Assembly (NCBI GenBank): GCA_951406725.2
Contig: OX597821.1
Coordinates: 28,520,001-28,584,000, forward strand
DNA: 64,000 nt
Reading direction: 5' to 3'
From: Octopus vulgaris
Taxonomy: Eukaryota
How positions within the stretch are numbered: the stretch's first letter is position 1; each line of letters opens with the position of its first letter. The translations under genes and the position numbers were made by a program. The notes beneath the pieces are model-generated. The model worked only from the letters and a program-made list of their open reading frames with translations. It made no database searches and had not been told where the DNA came from. Shown piece by piece: positions 29,615 through 44,179 of this stretch.

Positions 29615-29620
<6 letters not shown>
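28861..29620 (-). mobile_element. ORF-less hammerhead element: ~491 bp unit with terminal direct repeat plus an inverted partial copy, inserted in (TA)n
   Basis: 28861-28935 is repeated at 29352-29417. 29441-29620 is the reverse complement of 29248-29417 plus the next ~28 nt of the unit. TA runs flank both ends. Confidence 0.85.
28984..29090 (-). ncRNA. Type I hammerhead ribozyme, intact core
   Basis: Minus strand: AUUUCUUG-CUGAAGA-AUCUG[58 nt]CAGAU-GAAA-CGGUAUACCG-UA-CAAGAAAU. Perfect 8 bp stem I, 5 bp stem II, palindromic stem III, GUA cleavage triplet. Confidence 0.88.
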
Positions 29621-29652
<32 letters not shown>

Positions 29653-29704
29653 GTTCCTAGTTGTATACGTATATACATACCCTGAAATGTTTACACACAC
29701 ACAC

Positions 29705-29764
<60 letters not shown>

Positions 29765-30206
29765 TGTGCATGTGTGAATGTATATATATTTGTGTACATG
29801 CATATGTATATATCAGTATGTTTCGTGGACTGTGCCACAATATACACAGACATACTCAGCGAGCCTTCAGAGTAGAGGAAACCCGAGAGTTGCGTATTGT
29901 CGAAGGTTATTATCATTATCGTGAGTAGAACGACTTGCGAGGTCATTATTATTATCCCGTTATATCGCACATCGAACGTGTAATACAACACAGTATAAAC
30001 AAATCTTCGTGGGCATTTGATATATAATGAGCCTATGTAAATGTTAATGTGGGTAACTATGTTTATGTTTGTATGAGTATAAACTAGCATGTGTACGCTT
30101 TTGATAGGCGTATATAATTATACATTGAATTTCAGTGTGTATAAATGGGTACACATATGTATATGTATATTTTACTTATGCGGGTATAGGTATATATATA
30201 TATATT

Positions 30207-30266
<60 letters not shown>

Positions 30267-31184
30267 ACATATGAGCATAAATAATAATATTATTCCCTCG
30301 ATGTCTAAATAATTTCTTGAATGGTTAAATATTAATTTATCTGTTATTATCATTTTCCATGATAATCTGATATTGTAGATAAGGTAAATTTTACTGCGTT
30401 TCAATTTATGTATGGTCTGCAATATTATTCATTTGGTGTCTGAAACATTTTTTGATTGGTTAAATATTGCGTTATTTTATTACTTTATTATTCATGATAA
30501 TCTATAATTTTAGATAAGTTATAAATTTATTTCAATTATTCATATCTTCAGTAATTTTACATAAGATAATTTATGAGGAGAAAAATATATCTTATATATG
30601 TGTATGTATATATGTAGGTATGTTTGTATGTATAATATATATATATATATATATATATAATAATTAATATTCATCTCCCCTCACTTATTACTTCAATTCT
30701 TTCCTATGTGGAAGTCAAAAGCGACCACCACATAAGTAAGTAACTTTTTTCAGTGACATAGGAGATTTTTCAATCTCATAAACAATGTATTTTTATTTTC
30801 CGTTCTATTTATTTAATTAAATAATAAAGAACCCTTGCTATTTTAAAATATTTAGCCAATCGAATTGTTTTGTCTCCACATGATCGATACCAATAGTTTG
30901 ATAGGATTGAAAGAATTAGGTTTTGGTAATATATGTACGTATATTTTGTTTCCGTACTTGTAATTCATGATTATATATTTATGAGTATGTATGTGTACAT
31001 ATAACACGTACGTCTATAAGTATTGGGAACAGTGTGTGATACATATAATTGTTTTGTCTTTGTTTAATTATATAGTTATACTAAAGTATGCGCGTTGATA
31101 CATGACTGTGTATGTGTGTATATATATGCACATATAAATTGTTCCCCGCGAGAGTACTTTATACATACATATTTGTACTCACTA

Positions 31185-31955
31185 CTTGTGCAAATATGTG
31201 TGTATATGTGTATGTAATTTTATATATATCCATATATTGTTACTTTGTTATATATATTATTACCTATGAGTGTATATCACGGATCTGTACGCGTGCATAC
31301 GTATGTATATATGCATGTATATACATATATATATATATGTATGAGTGTATGTGCCTGTGTGTGTTAGTGTGTGTGCGCACTGTATGTATATGAAGGTCCT
31401 TTTTGACTATGATTGTTTTATATTTTATCTATTTTTTATATTAATTCCATCAATTTTATAAGCAAATTATAAAAGTATTCACTTATTTACTCTGTCATTC
31501 ATATGATTCTATTATTTAGTGTAAATCACTATTTAACCTTTATTTATCAATTATTACCCTAATACAACCCTTTACCCCTAGCCAAGATTTATACAATACT
31601 AGTAATTAAATGATATTCAGTCTGTTGAGATGTTTTTGGAAGAATATCGTCTAATAACTTAACGGAATGTCATTTCTACTGCGCTGGGGAGATTTCGCCC
31701 AATAAAATGCTTTAATTGCTGGAATTTAATTTGGGAAAAATCGAAACAGCTGTAAGGGAATAATGTTGAAGTTTTGCATTTATGAAATTATATTAATGCT
31801 ATATCTTCATTTTCTGATTTTTAATTTGAATATTTATAAACCGACATTTATGCTTAAACCTATTATTTTTGGAATATCACTTCTCACAAAATGTCATACG
31901 CAATACACAAGTAATTCATTGGATTTTTATCCTTTAATGAGACCATTTTAACCTC
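31185..31955 (+). mobile_element. Solo PLE terminal repeat with a degenerate hammerhead at 31681-31758
   Basis: Homologous to the 26548-27330 repeat. Reads CTGGGGA-GATTTCGCCC...GGGAAAAATC-GAAA-CAGCTG-TA-AGGG. Confidence 0.75.
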
Positions 31956-32113
31956 AATTTATATATATATATATATATATAAGATTGCATTTACAAAATT
32001 GTGCAGTCGCTGCTGTTGAATTACGTGTAGGTTCCGAGAACATGTTGCAAATAACTGCTAAGTATTACTTATGGATGTGAAACATCTTCATTTTCCCTAT
32101 CATGATTAATGAT

Positions 32114-32216
<103 letters not shown>

Positions 32217-33060
32217 GAATATATATATCTGTATATATGTATATATATGTATATATCTACGTATGCATGTGTTTGTCTCCATCACTGCTTGACAACCGGT
32301 GTTGATGTGACTTAACTGCTAAGAAAATGAGAATGAGTAGTACCTGGCTTTAAAAAATACAGAAATGCCCCAGCATACCCGTAATCAAATAACTGTAAAA
32401 AGTAAAAGATCAAAGATAAAAAAAGTGTTTTCTTCTACTTCGTGTTTGATTGCAATTTATATCAGAAATTCAAGATAAGAAATCCATTTGCAAAAGCGAT
32501 TAGAAACAATCAAATCTAGTTTTCAAGGAAGGGCATTTTCGAAATTCAATCTTGACGTATTAATAGGTAGAAATAATTTCCATTTAGATTTATGAATACT
32601 TTCCGAAAATATTCCTTGATTAGACGAATTAAGACGTTCCCTGTTGAATTTCGTGTACATCTTATGAGACCTGCATTGACAAAAACCAGTATCACATATA
32701 TTGCTAAACATTCTATGAGTAAAAAAATAATAATAGTACAACAGACACTTTATGAAGATCAGCAGAGATGCATAGCGTAAGCAATGGCGAAGGTTTACAT
32801 TTCATTCATCCATCTGTAACTGCGTGATCCTTTTTCCCATATTCCATGGTTTCTCATGCTAACACCAACAGAGATACCAACACATCTAAACGTACACACA
32901 TATATAAAGCACACTCTACACATGTGAGCCTGCAGGTTATCAACTCTCCAAATAAAAAAATTAACAAGTAAATTATGTACATATGCATGTATTATGTATA
33001 TGCGTGTATCTATACATACACACACGCACACACACACACACACACATATGTATATATTTA

Positions 33061-33162
<102 letters not shown>

Positions 33163-34199
33163 TATTGCATTCATACTTAATAAACTAATCAATTTTTGCT
33201 TTTTACTTTTAGCCACTCTGACCATAAACATCCGTTAATGAGAGGGAGATGTTTGAACAAAACTAAACTTAATGATTTCAGTGAGTCCATGCCGTGGCAG
33301 TGAAAATCATTTCTTTGAATATTAAATATAATAAGAATGTTGTACCGGTTGTCTACTCCGCAGTGTATCCACAGGTCTAGCTAGTAAATATATAATTCAC
33401 AGATGAACTTGTCTGGCATGTGATGTGATTCGAAGCAGTTTTTTTTAAAACTAAAACAATTTCAACGAGTGAGATACGTATTAGCTCCCATCCCCTCCAA
33501 TAGTTTGTGTCAAACTGTCTATGCAGAACGACCTTTTCTTTTGCTATCATTTTTACTTGCTGTGCTTTACATTTCCAAAGATATCCTATTCAAATAAAGA
33601 AGAAAGAGAAAACGTGAATTACCACCGAATACTGTGTTACATAACGAATTATAAGCACCAGACAATGACGACTAAACTATATGGATAAAATCGTATTTAT
33701 CACACTGACACCTATATATACTGATCTCACCCCAGGCCAGATGCAAAGGAATCATGCCAGTTACCAGGTCGCATTTGGTGAAAAGAAAATATGGAAATCA
33801 AATGTTAAATGTTTAAGGGAGGTTAACAGTCTTGATGTATTTTTGAACGACTAATTTGTGTTTTCAGCAGCGGAATTGTCGTATGATAAATAGTTAATGC
33901 ATAATAATAGAAATTCGTTTAACAATATATACACTTGCAGGAATAAATACATCTACAGTAATTTGCACGCGGAAGAGATCGTGCAAATGATTGGGCACTT
34001 ATATTGCCAGTTCTTCATGGAAGTGGTAACGTAAGTTAGCAAGATACAAATCAAAATACAAATCAATGAATAATACAAAAAGTATAACCACCATAATCGT
34101 GATTGCCATCTATAATGGTATTCGTTTAGCAAGCATTAAAAGCTGCTGTAGTTTAACTATATTCTCACATGATCAAGTTGCTTAAGTTTGTATGGTGAA

Positions 34200-35130
34200 A
34201 TGAAATATTTTAAAGAATTCAGTGAAACATAACACCGGCGTTTTAGGGGCACATGGCTACTCAAATAGACATCTTATACTAAAGAGATCAAAGATAGCTA
34301 TCGTGATACATCAAACAGAAATGATGAATTTATACTAGGCTTTTTCACTGAATATGAAAGGATTCTCATGAACATCTACATATCACAATGGAAGTTGGTA
34401 AGTGGAGTTATTTCTTGTCCCAATCGACAAGCGGAATATTTATTAATCAACAAAACATGGTGCAATGCTTAATCGAATTGTGAAGCCTGCTGCATCTTTC
34501 ATTCAGTCTACGCGGACATGTTTAATGTAACGGTTCAAATCAGATTAAATTATCGAACCAACAGCCAATCTAAAAAGGATAATAAACCACTACGATGTGA
34601 TTAGAACTTTTAAAGAGCTATCGAGAGCAAGAATAATTGAATACAACATTGTATTACACAATTCGAACAACTGACATTGATAATGATCCCACATGATAAA
34701 AATAATACTATGCAGCAATATGATCTGTAAAGTGTGCATACCACGAAACAACAAAGAAAGCAGAAGTGAAAGTTGACATGATTAAAAGAGAAATTCTCAA
34801 ACAGACACATAAAGAAAATCATAACACAACACATAAATGTGAAATATGCAATAACCGAGATGCATATAAAATGAGCCAATTTTTTTTTATGAAAGAGCAA
34901 ACAAATTGTAGTCAAGAATCACAAAGTAAAAGTTGCTGGGAGTGTAGTAAACGAGACAGCATAGCGACAAAATTACAACTAAGAAACAAAATCAGATCGA
35001 AAAATCAATGTTGACGGTTAGATAAATGAAAAGAGTGTACTATAATGTAGTGCAATGGCTCCGCCATGTAAATGCATGGTCAACAGACGAGAAAGTGTGG
35101 AACTAGCTTGTCTAATGTAAGAGTTTAAAT
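34200..35130 (+). mobile_element. Ancient RTE-like LINE remnant (AP endonuclease C-terminal region)
   Basis: Near 34437-34557 the translation YLLINKTWCNA*SNCEACCIFHSVYADMFNVTVQIRLNYR matches the RTE APE end (DYILIN.KW.N...NCEAY.SF..V.SDH..V...IRL). Confidence 0.6.
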
Positions 35131-36899
35131 CACAAAGTTGACAAGTTTTATGCTTCCATTGATATTTATATATTGCATTGTCTGTCTAAAATAACTTCTA
35201 TGGCTTGCATGTTTGTGGTTTCTTCTTGATGAAAAGATATTTCTCATTTCAGTGTGCTGTTATATATTCTAACCAATAGTTTCTGGTTAGTTGCGGTACA
35301 TATATGTACATAGTTCTATTCTTTACTCCACTAACATATACAATTATTCGTTATTAACTTCTTGCTCAAGTCGTTCGATTTGCTCTTTGGTGTAAGAATA
35401 CTTAACATGTCAAAGAATGAAACACTTATTGCCGTGCATGTAAAAGAATTTCTGATTTTCTATTCATGTATAAACAGACATGATAAATGAGTTTTCCTTT
35501 TTCCTTCCTCTATATCGGAGAAAAGATTAGTGCTTTGTTCACGAGTGGATATTGGAGTTACGTTAGCTCGTTTATTTGAAGATAGAATTATTTTCAGAAT
35601 ACCTGGATGTTTTTCCAAGACCATCACAATGCATACACCATCGAAGCATGTTTGGAAATAACTTTATTTTCAACACCAACTATGTAGATTGTGGTAAATA
35701 TGCTCTCAAGTGAATAACTTATCACCATTCCAATCTGCTGGGTGTTTAGATTGAATTATGAGTAGCATAAACAAAACTCGATTACTCAAATGCAACAGAA
35801 ATTTCCTAAAACTGTTTACTGACATTTTAGGCGATTCTTGTATAAGGTGTATTTAGACCTTTAATAATATTATACCTATCTTTTTACACCCCAGGAACAT
35901 TAACATAGCAATCTTGTCATTTCTTAGGTTAACGTTCCAGTGATTTATTCGATGAGCATATAGAGTGCTCTTTAGGCATATATTTCTATATCATACTATC
36001 TAATTGGTTAGCGATTCATGTTTAGATTTAGAGCATATTGGCCAGAGCACTTATCCTAGTTGTCTCTCCCTGTAGTGTCATAAATTTACTCTGGGCTGAA
36101 TTATCCTTTTATATATTGGAAAGGATCAGATCTTATATGTACATTTGCAGCTATAATTTATTTATTGAATTTAAATTTATTATATTTTTGCATACAATTG
36201 TTTTCCTTCATTTTGATAAATTAGCTGTTTTCATATGGAATATTGTTGAATTTCGTTAATAAAGTAAAAATTTTCATAAGAAACAGATTGCTTTTATTGT
36301 ATTTATAAATTAAAATTTTATGCTTGTTTTCCAAATCTTCTATATTATTAAGTGCGTTTTTGAATGCTTTGCAATTTATCATAAGATTTTATTGCATTTT
36401 TATTTCTCGAGTGCATGAAAAAGTAATTCGAGTTCAAACTCCTATTTCAGTCATAATTTCCTATAAGGTGGAAGTTTGTTCCAAAATTATGCAACGTCAA
36501 TTGATCAGGACTAACTGCATGTCGTTGGGGGGTTTTGCAGATGCAGCAGCATCGTTTTACTTCAGGATATCGCCGAACAGGAATCGTAGATGATAATAAT
36601 GTCAAACGATAGACAATTCCACAAAGACGCAAACAAATATGGAAATTTTCTTAGCAGCGAAATAGAAGCCAAAAACAAACAACTAAATAACGTGGGAAAG
36701 GAACTGTTAAAGTAACCCGGAATTGACCTTTTACCAATGTTCACCAATTCTAACACCAAAATAGAGGATTTTATTCTTTATATCCTTGTACTAATCCTTA
36801 GCAATCATCATTAGCCAATGATTGCAAAACACAGAAGCACTATTATCATTTAATTCAAACAGCGAGGTCTGTGCGTTGTCCATAAAGCAGATACATCAC

Positions 36900-38900
36900 A
36901 GAAAGCCTAATTAAATGCAGTAAACGCCATGAGATGTTACTCTTATAAACGTATTGTTAAACAATGCAAAAAATATATCAGCAGCAGCCAAATTCATCCA
37001 GTGGATGTGATGGCACTACTGGGTGAAAATCTCTGTCCCTTGGACATCATCAGTAGCAATTATTCAAAATCATTCGAGGCCGATAGAGGAAAACGGTGAT
37101 TGGAATAACAATGATGTTGAAATAAGCAGGCCGGGTAAATAAAAATTCGTTATATGCAACAGAATTGTTATTAGTTTCAGGTAGTAATCTATGTATCATA
37201 ACTAATGCAGATACATCATTAAACGTTTAATTAACTGTCGGATTAAAAAAAGGTAGAAATATTCATTGAGCAATACTACCACCACTCCTGAACGACTTTC
37301 GCTGCAACTAATATATTTTCTGTTATTCAAAAAATATATAAGAGATACTATCCCAGGAGGAATATACATGTGCGTGTGTGTATGTGTGAGTAAGTAGGTG
37401 GGTAGTTGTGTTTGAGTATATTAAATTTTATGATATCCCTGCATTTCTGAATGCCCGTTATCTGAATGCTCTGTTCCGTCAATGAATAGAAGGGATTTGA
37501 TTTAGTTTTCTTCATGCTTACCAAAAAGCTGTCAGTTGGCGCTATTGTATAGAAGATATTGGCGAATGTCTGGATTGCCAAACTTTATGATACTTTATTG
37601 TTTTTTAATTCCTATGTTTATATTATATAGTGGCTATTTCATATTGGTTCACTATATATCTGTTCCACCATATGCAAGTTAGTGAAGATTCAGAAATATC
37701 TTCATCAAATAATTACATTGATTTCCATTCAAGCTGAACTGGATAAAATACGAACCCACAATCTACAGCTTTTGATTCCTCCCGTATTAATTTGTTACCT
37801 AATGACATTGTGAGAAATCAATATTTCATTAAGGCAGTTCTTGCTAATTACCATCATTTAGTTCAAGATTGCCCGTCGTATGAACGTTAACCAGGATTTT
37901 GCTTTGACCAGGAGCCAAGACAATTTCATTACAATTTATGTATGTCACACATAATTACAGTATGAAAAATTAGAATTAATTCATCACTATAGTCGTGGGT
38001 CAATGTACAGCCGTTAGTTCACCAAAAAAACTGCTTAGAGATATTCATTCGAATTTCTTTATGTTTTATCCCACCAGAACAGACCCAGCAGTGTTGATTC
38101 GGTATTTATCCTTCCGGGATAATATAGAGAACCAACAAATTCTGAGGTCGTTATAAATCTGTAAACATATGGCATTCTGCTTATGTCGTAAATCGTTTCT
38201 TCATATATATGACTAGCAAATTCTTGCCTTGAGATTTTCGAACTTGGAAGGTTTACAAACGAAACCTAACAGATACTCATCTTATTACCATCTATATAAT
38301 TAGTTATAGATAATTATATATACAGAAATATGTAAAGCGAGTTTGGCATTGCACTAGGAGCAAGATTTAATTAACGTTGTATAGTGCCGTAGGTGAATTA
38401 TTGAATACGTTCAAAGAAATGATGCAGAGGCATATAAAATTATAAATAGGATTGGGATTGCCGTTGCATATAAAGACACAACTAATTAATAAATTAATTT
38501 GCTTAGAATCCGGCGCATCGGTACTAAAGCTTAATATAAGTTGAAGATAGGTGTACCAATATGGTGCGAATATAGGTCATCAATAATATTTTAAATTAGA
38601 GTAAACTATAAATATAACAGATTTTAATGTATTTCGGAATACATTAGATGATAGCTCAATAATTCTCTACAAAGAGTTGTGAAAAATACCTTCAAATGCG
38701 TAATGAGGAGGCATGGAACATACGAGATTAAAGTATGGAATGGCGAACCTGCTTGTAGGTATTTTCGGATATTAGTTTCCTCTGTTCTATATTATGATGA
38801 GGGAGATTTCCACTTCCTTCAAATCAAGGAAAAAACACTGAACTCGGATGATCATAAATAAAGAAAAAGGTTGGCTAGAGAAAGTTTACCTAATTACGGA
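36900..38900 (+). mobile_element. Possible highly eroded CR1/L2-like LINE RT remnant
   Basis: Only scattered weak pieces (PLDII...KSFE, GDWN, NL*TYGI). Boundaries approximate. Confidence 0.3.
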
Positions 38901-39418
38901 ACTGAGCAGGAAATCCATTTGATATAGATGATTCTTGATCGACAGAGACCCACCACCGTTACATCAGGGTCTGGTTGTTCCAGTCAAGAGAAGATGATGA
39001 CGATGATGATGATGATGACGATTTCATCTATGACGATGACGGTGAAGACAACGACGACGGTGAAGACAACGACGAAGACGTGGACAACGACCCCGATGAT
39101 GACATACATACATACATACATACATTCATACATGCATACACACATACATACATTCATACACACATACACATATGATCAAAGGATAGTGGTTAGCTAAGGG
39201 ATGTAAAGTTAAATTGTATTATTTATACGTGTGTTAACTAATACTTGTGTTGCAGACAGAGTATGCATAGATAATACGCCTGTTGATATGTTACTTTTAT
39301 TTTTGCCATTGTGTATTTGTGAACCCATGAAAGCCGTGTGAGATTACACGACCGTGTACTGTCAAAAGGGGCAAAGAGTGTTATGCATTCATTCCACACA
39401 CACACACACACACACACG

Positions 39419-39450
<32 letters not shown>

Positions 39451-40331
39451 TATACAGATACATACATACACATATGTGCGTATGGGTACGTCTATTTCGA
39501 TGTATTTGTATGTGCATGTATCTATGTGTATGTACGTATGTATGCATGTGTGTATACATACACACATATGTATGTATGTATATATATATATACACTCAGA
39601 CATACATATGCATATATATATAAGTGTGTGTGTGTGTATGTGTGTGTATGTATGCATAAATATACTTATGTATACGTGCATGTAAGTGTGTATGCGTATA
39701 TGTATTTCAGAATACGAACATCTGCGTACAGAAGATACAACGAGATTGTATTAATTGACCAGTATATCTACTCTAATTTCATTTCGTCATTGTCACGTGG
39801 GAATTCGAAACAACGGCTGAAGAAATTGAATGAGTTCAAAGAGAAAAAATAATCAATGTCTCCATCAATATTTCATGAACTGCTGATAGAATAGCGAAAG
39901 GCTTTTTACACTAGAATAGCAACAAAGTTAGACAACTTCATAGTAAGAGATTAAAAACGGAAGTAATGTAACAGCGAATCCAGCAGCTGAACACGGTTCA
40001 ATTCTACGCTGGGAGTAATTAAAAATACTTTTTTTTTTGCTTTGTTTTTAATATTTGACCTTCTACTTGTTTTAGGTAATGGACTACGACCATAGTGAAG
40101 CACAGTCTTGAAGGGTTCAATTGAGGAAATCACTCCCACCACCAGTAATTTTTTAAAAGGTCAACTACTTACTCTAACTTCGTTTTATGCCGAAATGCTG
40201 AAGTTGCACGGACACAATCAAACCAACATTGGTTGTAAAGTGGGATCATTGGAGGAAAATACAGAGGCAAAAACACTCATACACATTCGTCCACACAAGT
40301 GTATGTATGTACATATATATAATATATATAT

Positions 40332-40384
<53 letters not shown>

Positions 40385-41157
40385 ATATATGTATATATAT
40401 ATATATATCTTACTTTATTTATTTAATTTTTAAAACTTTTTTAATTTGCAAATATTATACAAATGTTTTTTCATGCAGAACTAAATTTCACAAAAAAAAA
40501 AAAGAATAAAGAACCAAGCAAAAAAGAACTCTCCAGAATTGAATGTTTGAAAGAAAATACATTTTGTATTCTAAATACTATACCTCAGAGAGGAGAAGAA
40601 GGAAGCGAGTTGAAAAAAAGAAGAGAGAAAGAAAGCAAAAAGAATTTCAGTGATATCTCCACATCTGTTTTGGTATTTATTTATTTATTTTTGAGGAGGT
40701 CACCATCCTTAAACCCATTCCAATACCACCCATTCTAATATAACATAAAGAGGAATCGCCGTTTCTCTCTCTTTCCCTTTACACATTTATCTATCTGTCT
40801 GACTATTTTTCTATCTATCTATCAGCCTACCTACCTACCTATATGTCTAACTATCCATCTCCATTGTCATGCAAAGCCCCACCTAAAAAAAAAAATTTAA
40901 AAAAATCTCCTCTTCTAAACGAAACCCCACAGAAACATATGTTCTTATAGAAATGAGCAAGCAGTTTGAACATTAACAAAATTTTATTTGACGAGTTCAA
41001 GAAACGAACAAAAGCGCTATTAATAATGAAGAAATAAATAGATTTTCTTCCAAAATTCTGATGACTTTTTTCTCAATATTAATTTTCTGTTCATCACAGA
41101 TAACACTCTATACACACGCACATATATTATATATATACATATATATATACTTACACA

Positions 41158-41202
<45 letters not shown>

Positions 41203-41870
41203 GAGGAAACAGGCAAACTCACCTTCAGTTTAATAAACCTTATCCTGGACAAGATATATTGGAAACATCCTTCTCATTTGCTCGACATGAAGTTACGTAC
41301 TTATATTTACATATGTTTGTGCAAAAGCGTTAGTGTGCGCTCTCGTGTATGTGTGTGCTGCGCGTGTGTATGTGTGCATTCAAGGCGAATATGAAGCCCT
41401 TGTAGAATTTATGGTGTGTGTAATAACATTAGTTTATATACTGTACAATTCATCTGTGAAAACTCCAGGTGAAAATGCTTTCAATGAAATTTCCATTTTC
41501 ACATTCTAAGATATACAAAATGAAATGCTTTTCTGTATTTCTAGAAATGCATTTAGAAGCTGATTATCCTAGCCCGCAATCATCTATAGAAGAAGCCTTA
41601 TTTCAATAAACATTAATCTTTAATTGTCCCCATAAATTTATGTAATTATTAATTTTCTGAAAAATTAATACGGCGTTGTAATAATATTTTTTTATTACCG
41701 GCGATAAAAGAACTGCTTCAAGCGACTGAATGTGCTTTGCAGATTAATTATATCCTATATAGAACGAAAGTGATGGAAATTTTGAATCTGTAATTGCATA
41801 AGGGCTTTATGTACACCTTATATACATGTGTATTTGTGTGCTTGCTTTGAGGGCGTCTGCTAGTGCGCTT

Positions 41871-42150
<280 letters not shown>

Positions 42151-42248
42151 ATATGTATTTCTATAAAGACTTATAAAAATATATGTATATAATTCTATGT
42201 AGACCACAAGTGTATCTCCCTATTTATCAGTCTATCTAAATGTGTGTG

Positions 42249-42285
<37 letters not shown>

Positions 42286-42316
42286 CATAGATATACATAG
42301 AGACACAAAGATAAAA

Positions 42317-42353
<37 letters not shown>

Positions 42354-43046
42354 GAAAAGAAAGAAAGAGGCGATATCCTCAACTGGCTTGTTAATCCCGT
42401 ATACAACGCTTTTTATTAATTATCATCACGGGGATCTGAAAGCTATTATGAAATTATTGAATTTAGAGCGAGTGTCAAAAGCTTTTAATTATTTAGGCAT
42501 GATTCAGAAAAAGAAATTCTCACTCATCATAAATGTGTCTTCAAAGTATGGCATGTTTCGTTTATATTTTCCTTCTTTTTCCATCTGTAATTCATTTTAA
42601 GCTTTTGAGTAGTTCTTAAGTTGAAGAAATAATTAAAAGCGAAAATAAAGGTAAATAGGCTCTGTCAATAGATTCTCTCCATGTGAGTTTGTTTTTGGTT
42701 TAGTTTCATCTTTTTTTAACATGCGATTAAGCATTTTGGAAATGGAATAAACTTCGATATATTTTCGTAATTTTCTGTGTATTTATATATATATATATAT
42801 TCATTATTTTGTTTCAGATATAAATAAAAATCAATGAAATAAACTTACTCTCTCTCTCCGTCTCCTCTTTCTCATCCCCTCTCCTTCTCTCCCTTCTGTT
42901 TCTCTCCCCTCACTTTCTCGCCCCTCTCATTCTCCTCCTTTTCCTTTCTCTCTCTAGCTCAACATACATGCACTAAGACATGTATGCATACACACATAAA
43001 CACACACGCATACTTAAATATATATATATAGATACATATATATATG

Positions 43047-43085
<39 letters not shown>

Positions 43086-43124
43086 GCACGCACACGCATA
43101 CATGTATATCCCTCTCTCTCTCTG

Positions 43125-43159
<35 letters not shown>

Positions 43160-43178
43160 TAGATATATATATATATAT

Positions 43179-43248
<70 letters not shown>

Positions 43249-44179
43249 GGAAACGCCTCTGATTACGCTTGGATTTGCATGTTAATTAAAATCACTACTG
43301 TGTTCTAGTTTTTTATATTTCTTTTTTTTTTGGTGTTTCCTTTTTTTTGCATTCGTGCGATTTTGCTCGAACATTAACGTTCCTATAAATAACATTAATA
43401 TTTCACACATTCCTTTTCCCATCTGCAGGGGTAAATTATGTTACCAGTGTTGGTATCCCTTTTTAGTTTTCAGGGCTAATTCGATTAATGGAGAAATTAC
43501 TGGCTAAAGTTAAATGTTGACCGTTTGAATTTTGAGTCATCCACTGGGGTGGGGGTGGGGCGTATCGATTATTTTAGGATTTGGTTTTGCTATGTGTGTT
43601 GTGTCTTCGTGTATTTGTTGGTGGGAAGAATCCTGTATCAACGTTTATCCGTCTTGTTTGGAGTGGATATGACGCTCAAATGTTTGTCATTGAATTTTTG
43701 AAACTGATAAGTCTAGTGAAAGCAACAACACCCATGATCGTTTACAGATCCAACCAAGACTACTGACTTTGTTGGCGTTGGTGCACCGTTTAAACTGTTA
43801 CGTGTCAATATTTGCAATCAAAAGATGATGATTCGGAAAGATTATTTTTGATAGCCGATGCTCAGGAGAGGATGAGTTGGGCGTGCTGCTTATTGCGTGG
43901 CCTTTGCTTTCAACACAATACCGATGATGAGATGTTAAATGACATACCGCGTTAATGGATCCTGAAATCACCAGACATCTTCAAAATCTCTCCAGCAATT
44001 TGAAACTTTCTGGTGTGTATATAATTCTGGAACATGAATTTCCAATTATATCATTGTAATGGAGCACTATGTTCACGCAATAATGGTGTCAACTGTTGCA
44101 TTTTCACCTATAATATTTTGCTGAATCCTAATACCCATCATAAGTGAACTTAGCAGAACAGTGTATAGTTATAAGATTG

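Noticed and set aside
38975-39105. Asp-rich ORF
   Set aside because: Degenerate GAT/GAC trinucleotide repeat running into (CATA)n, with no exon support.
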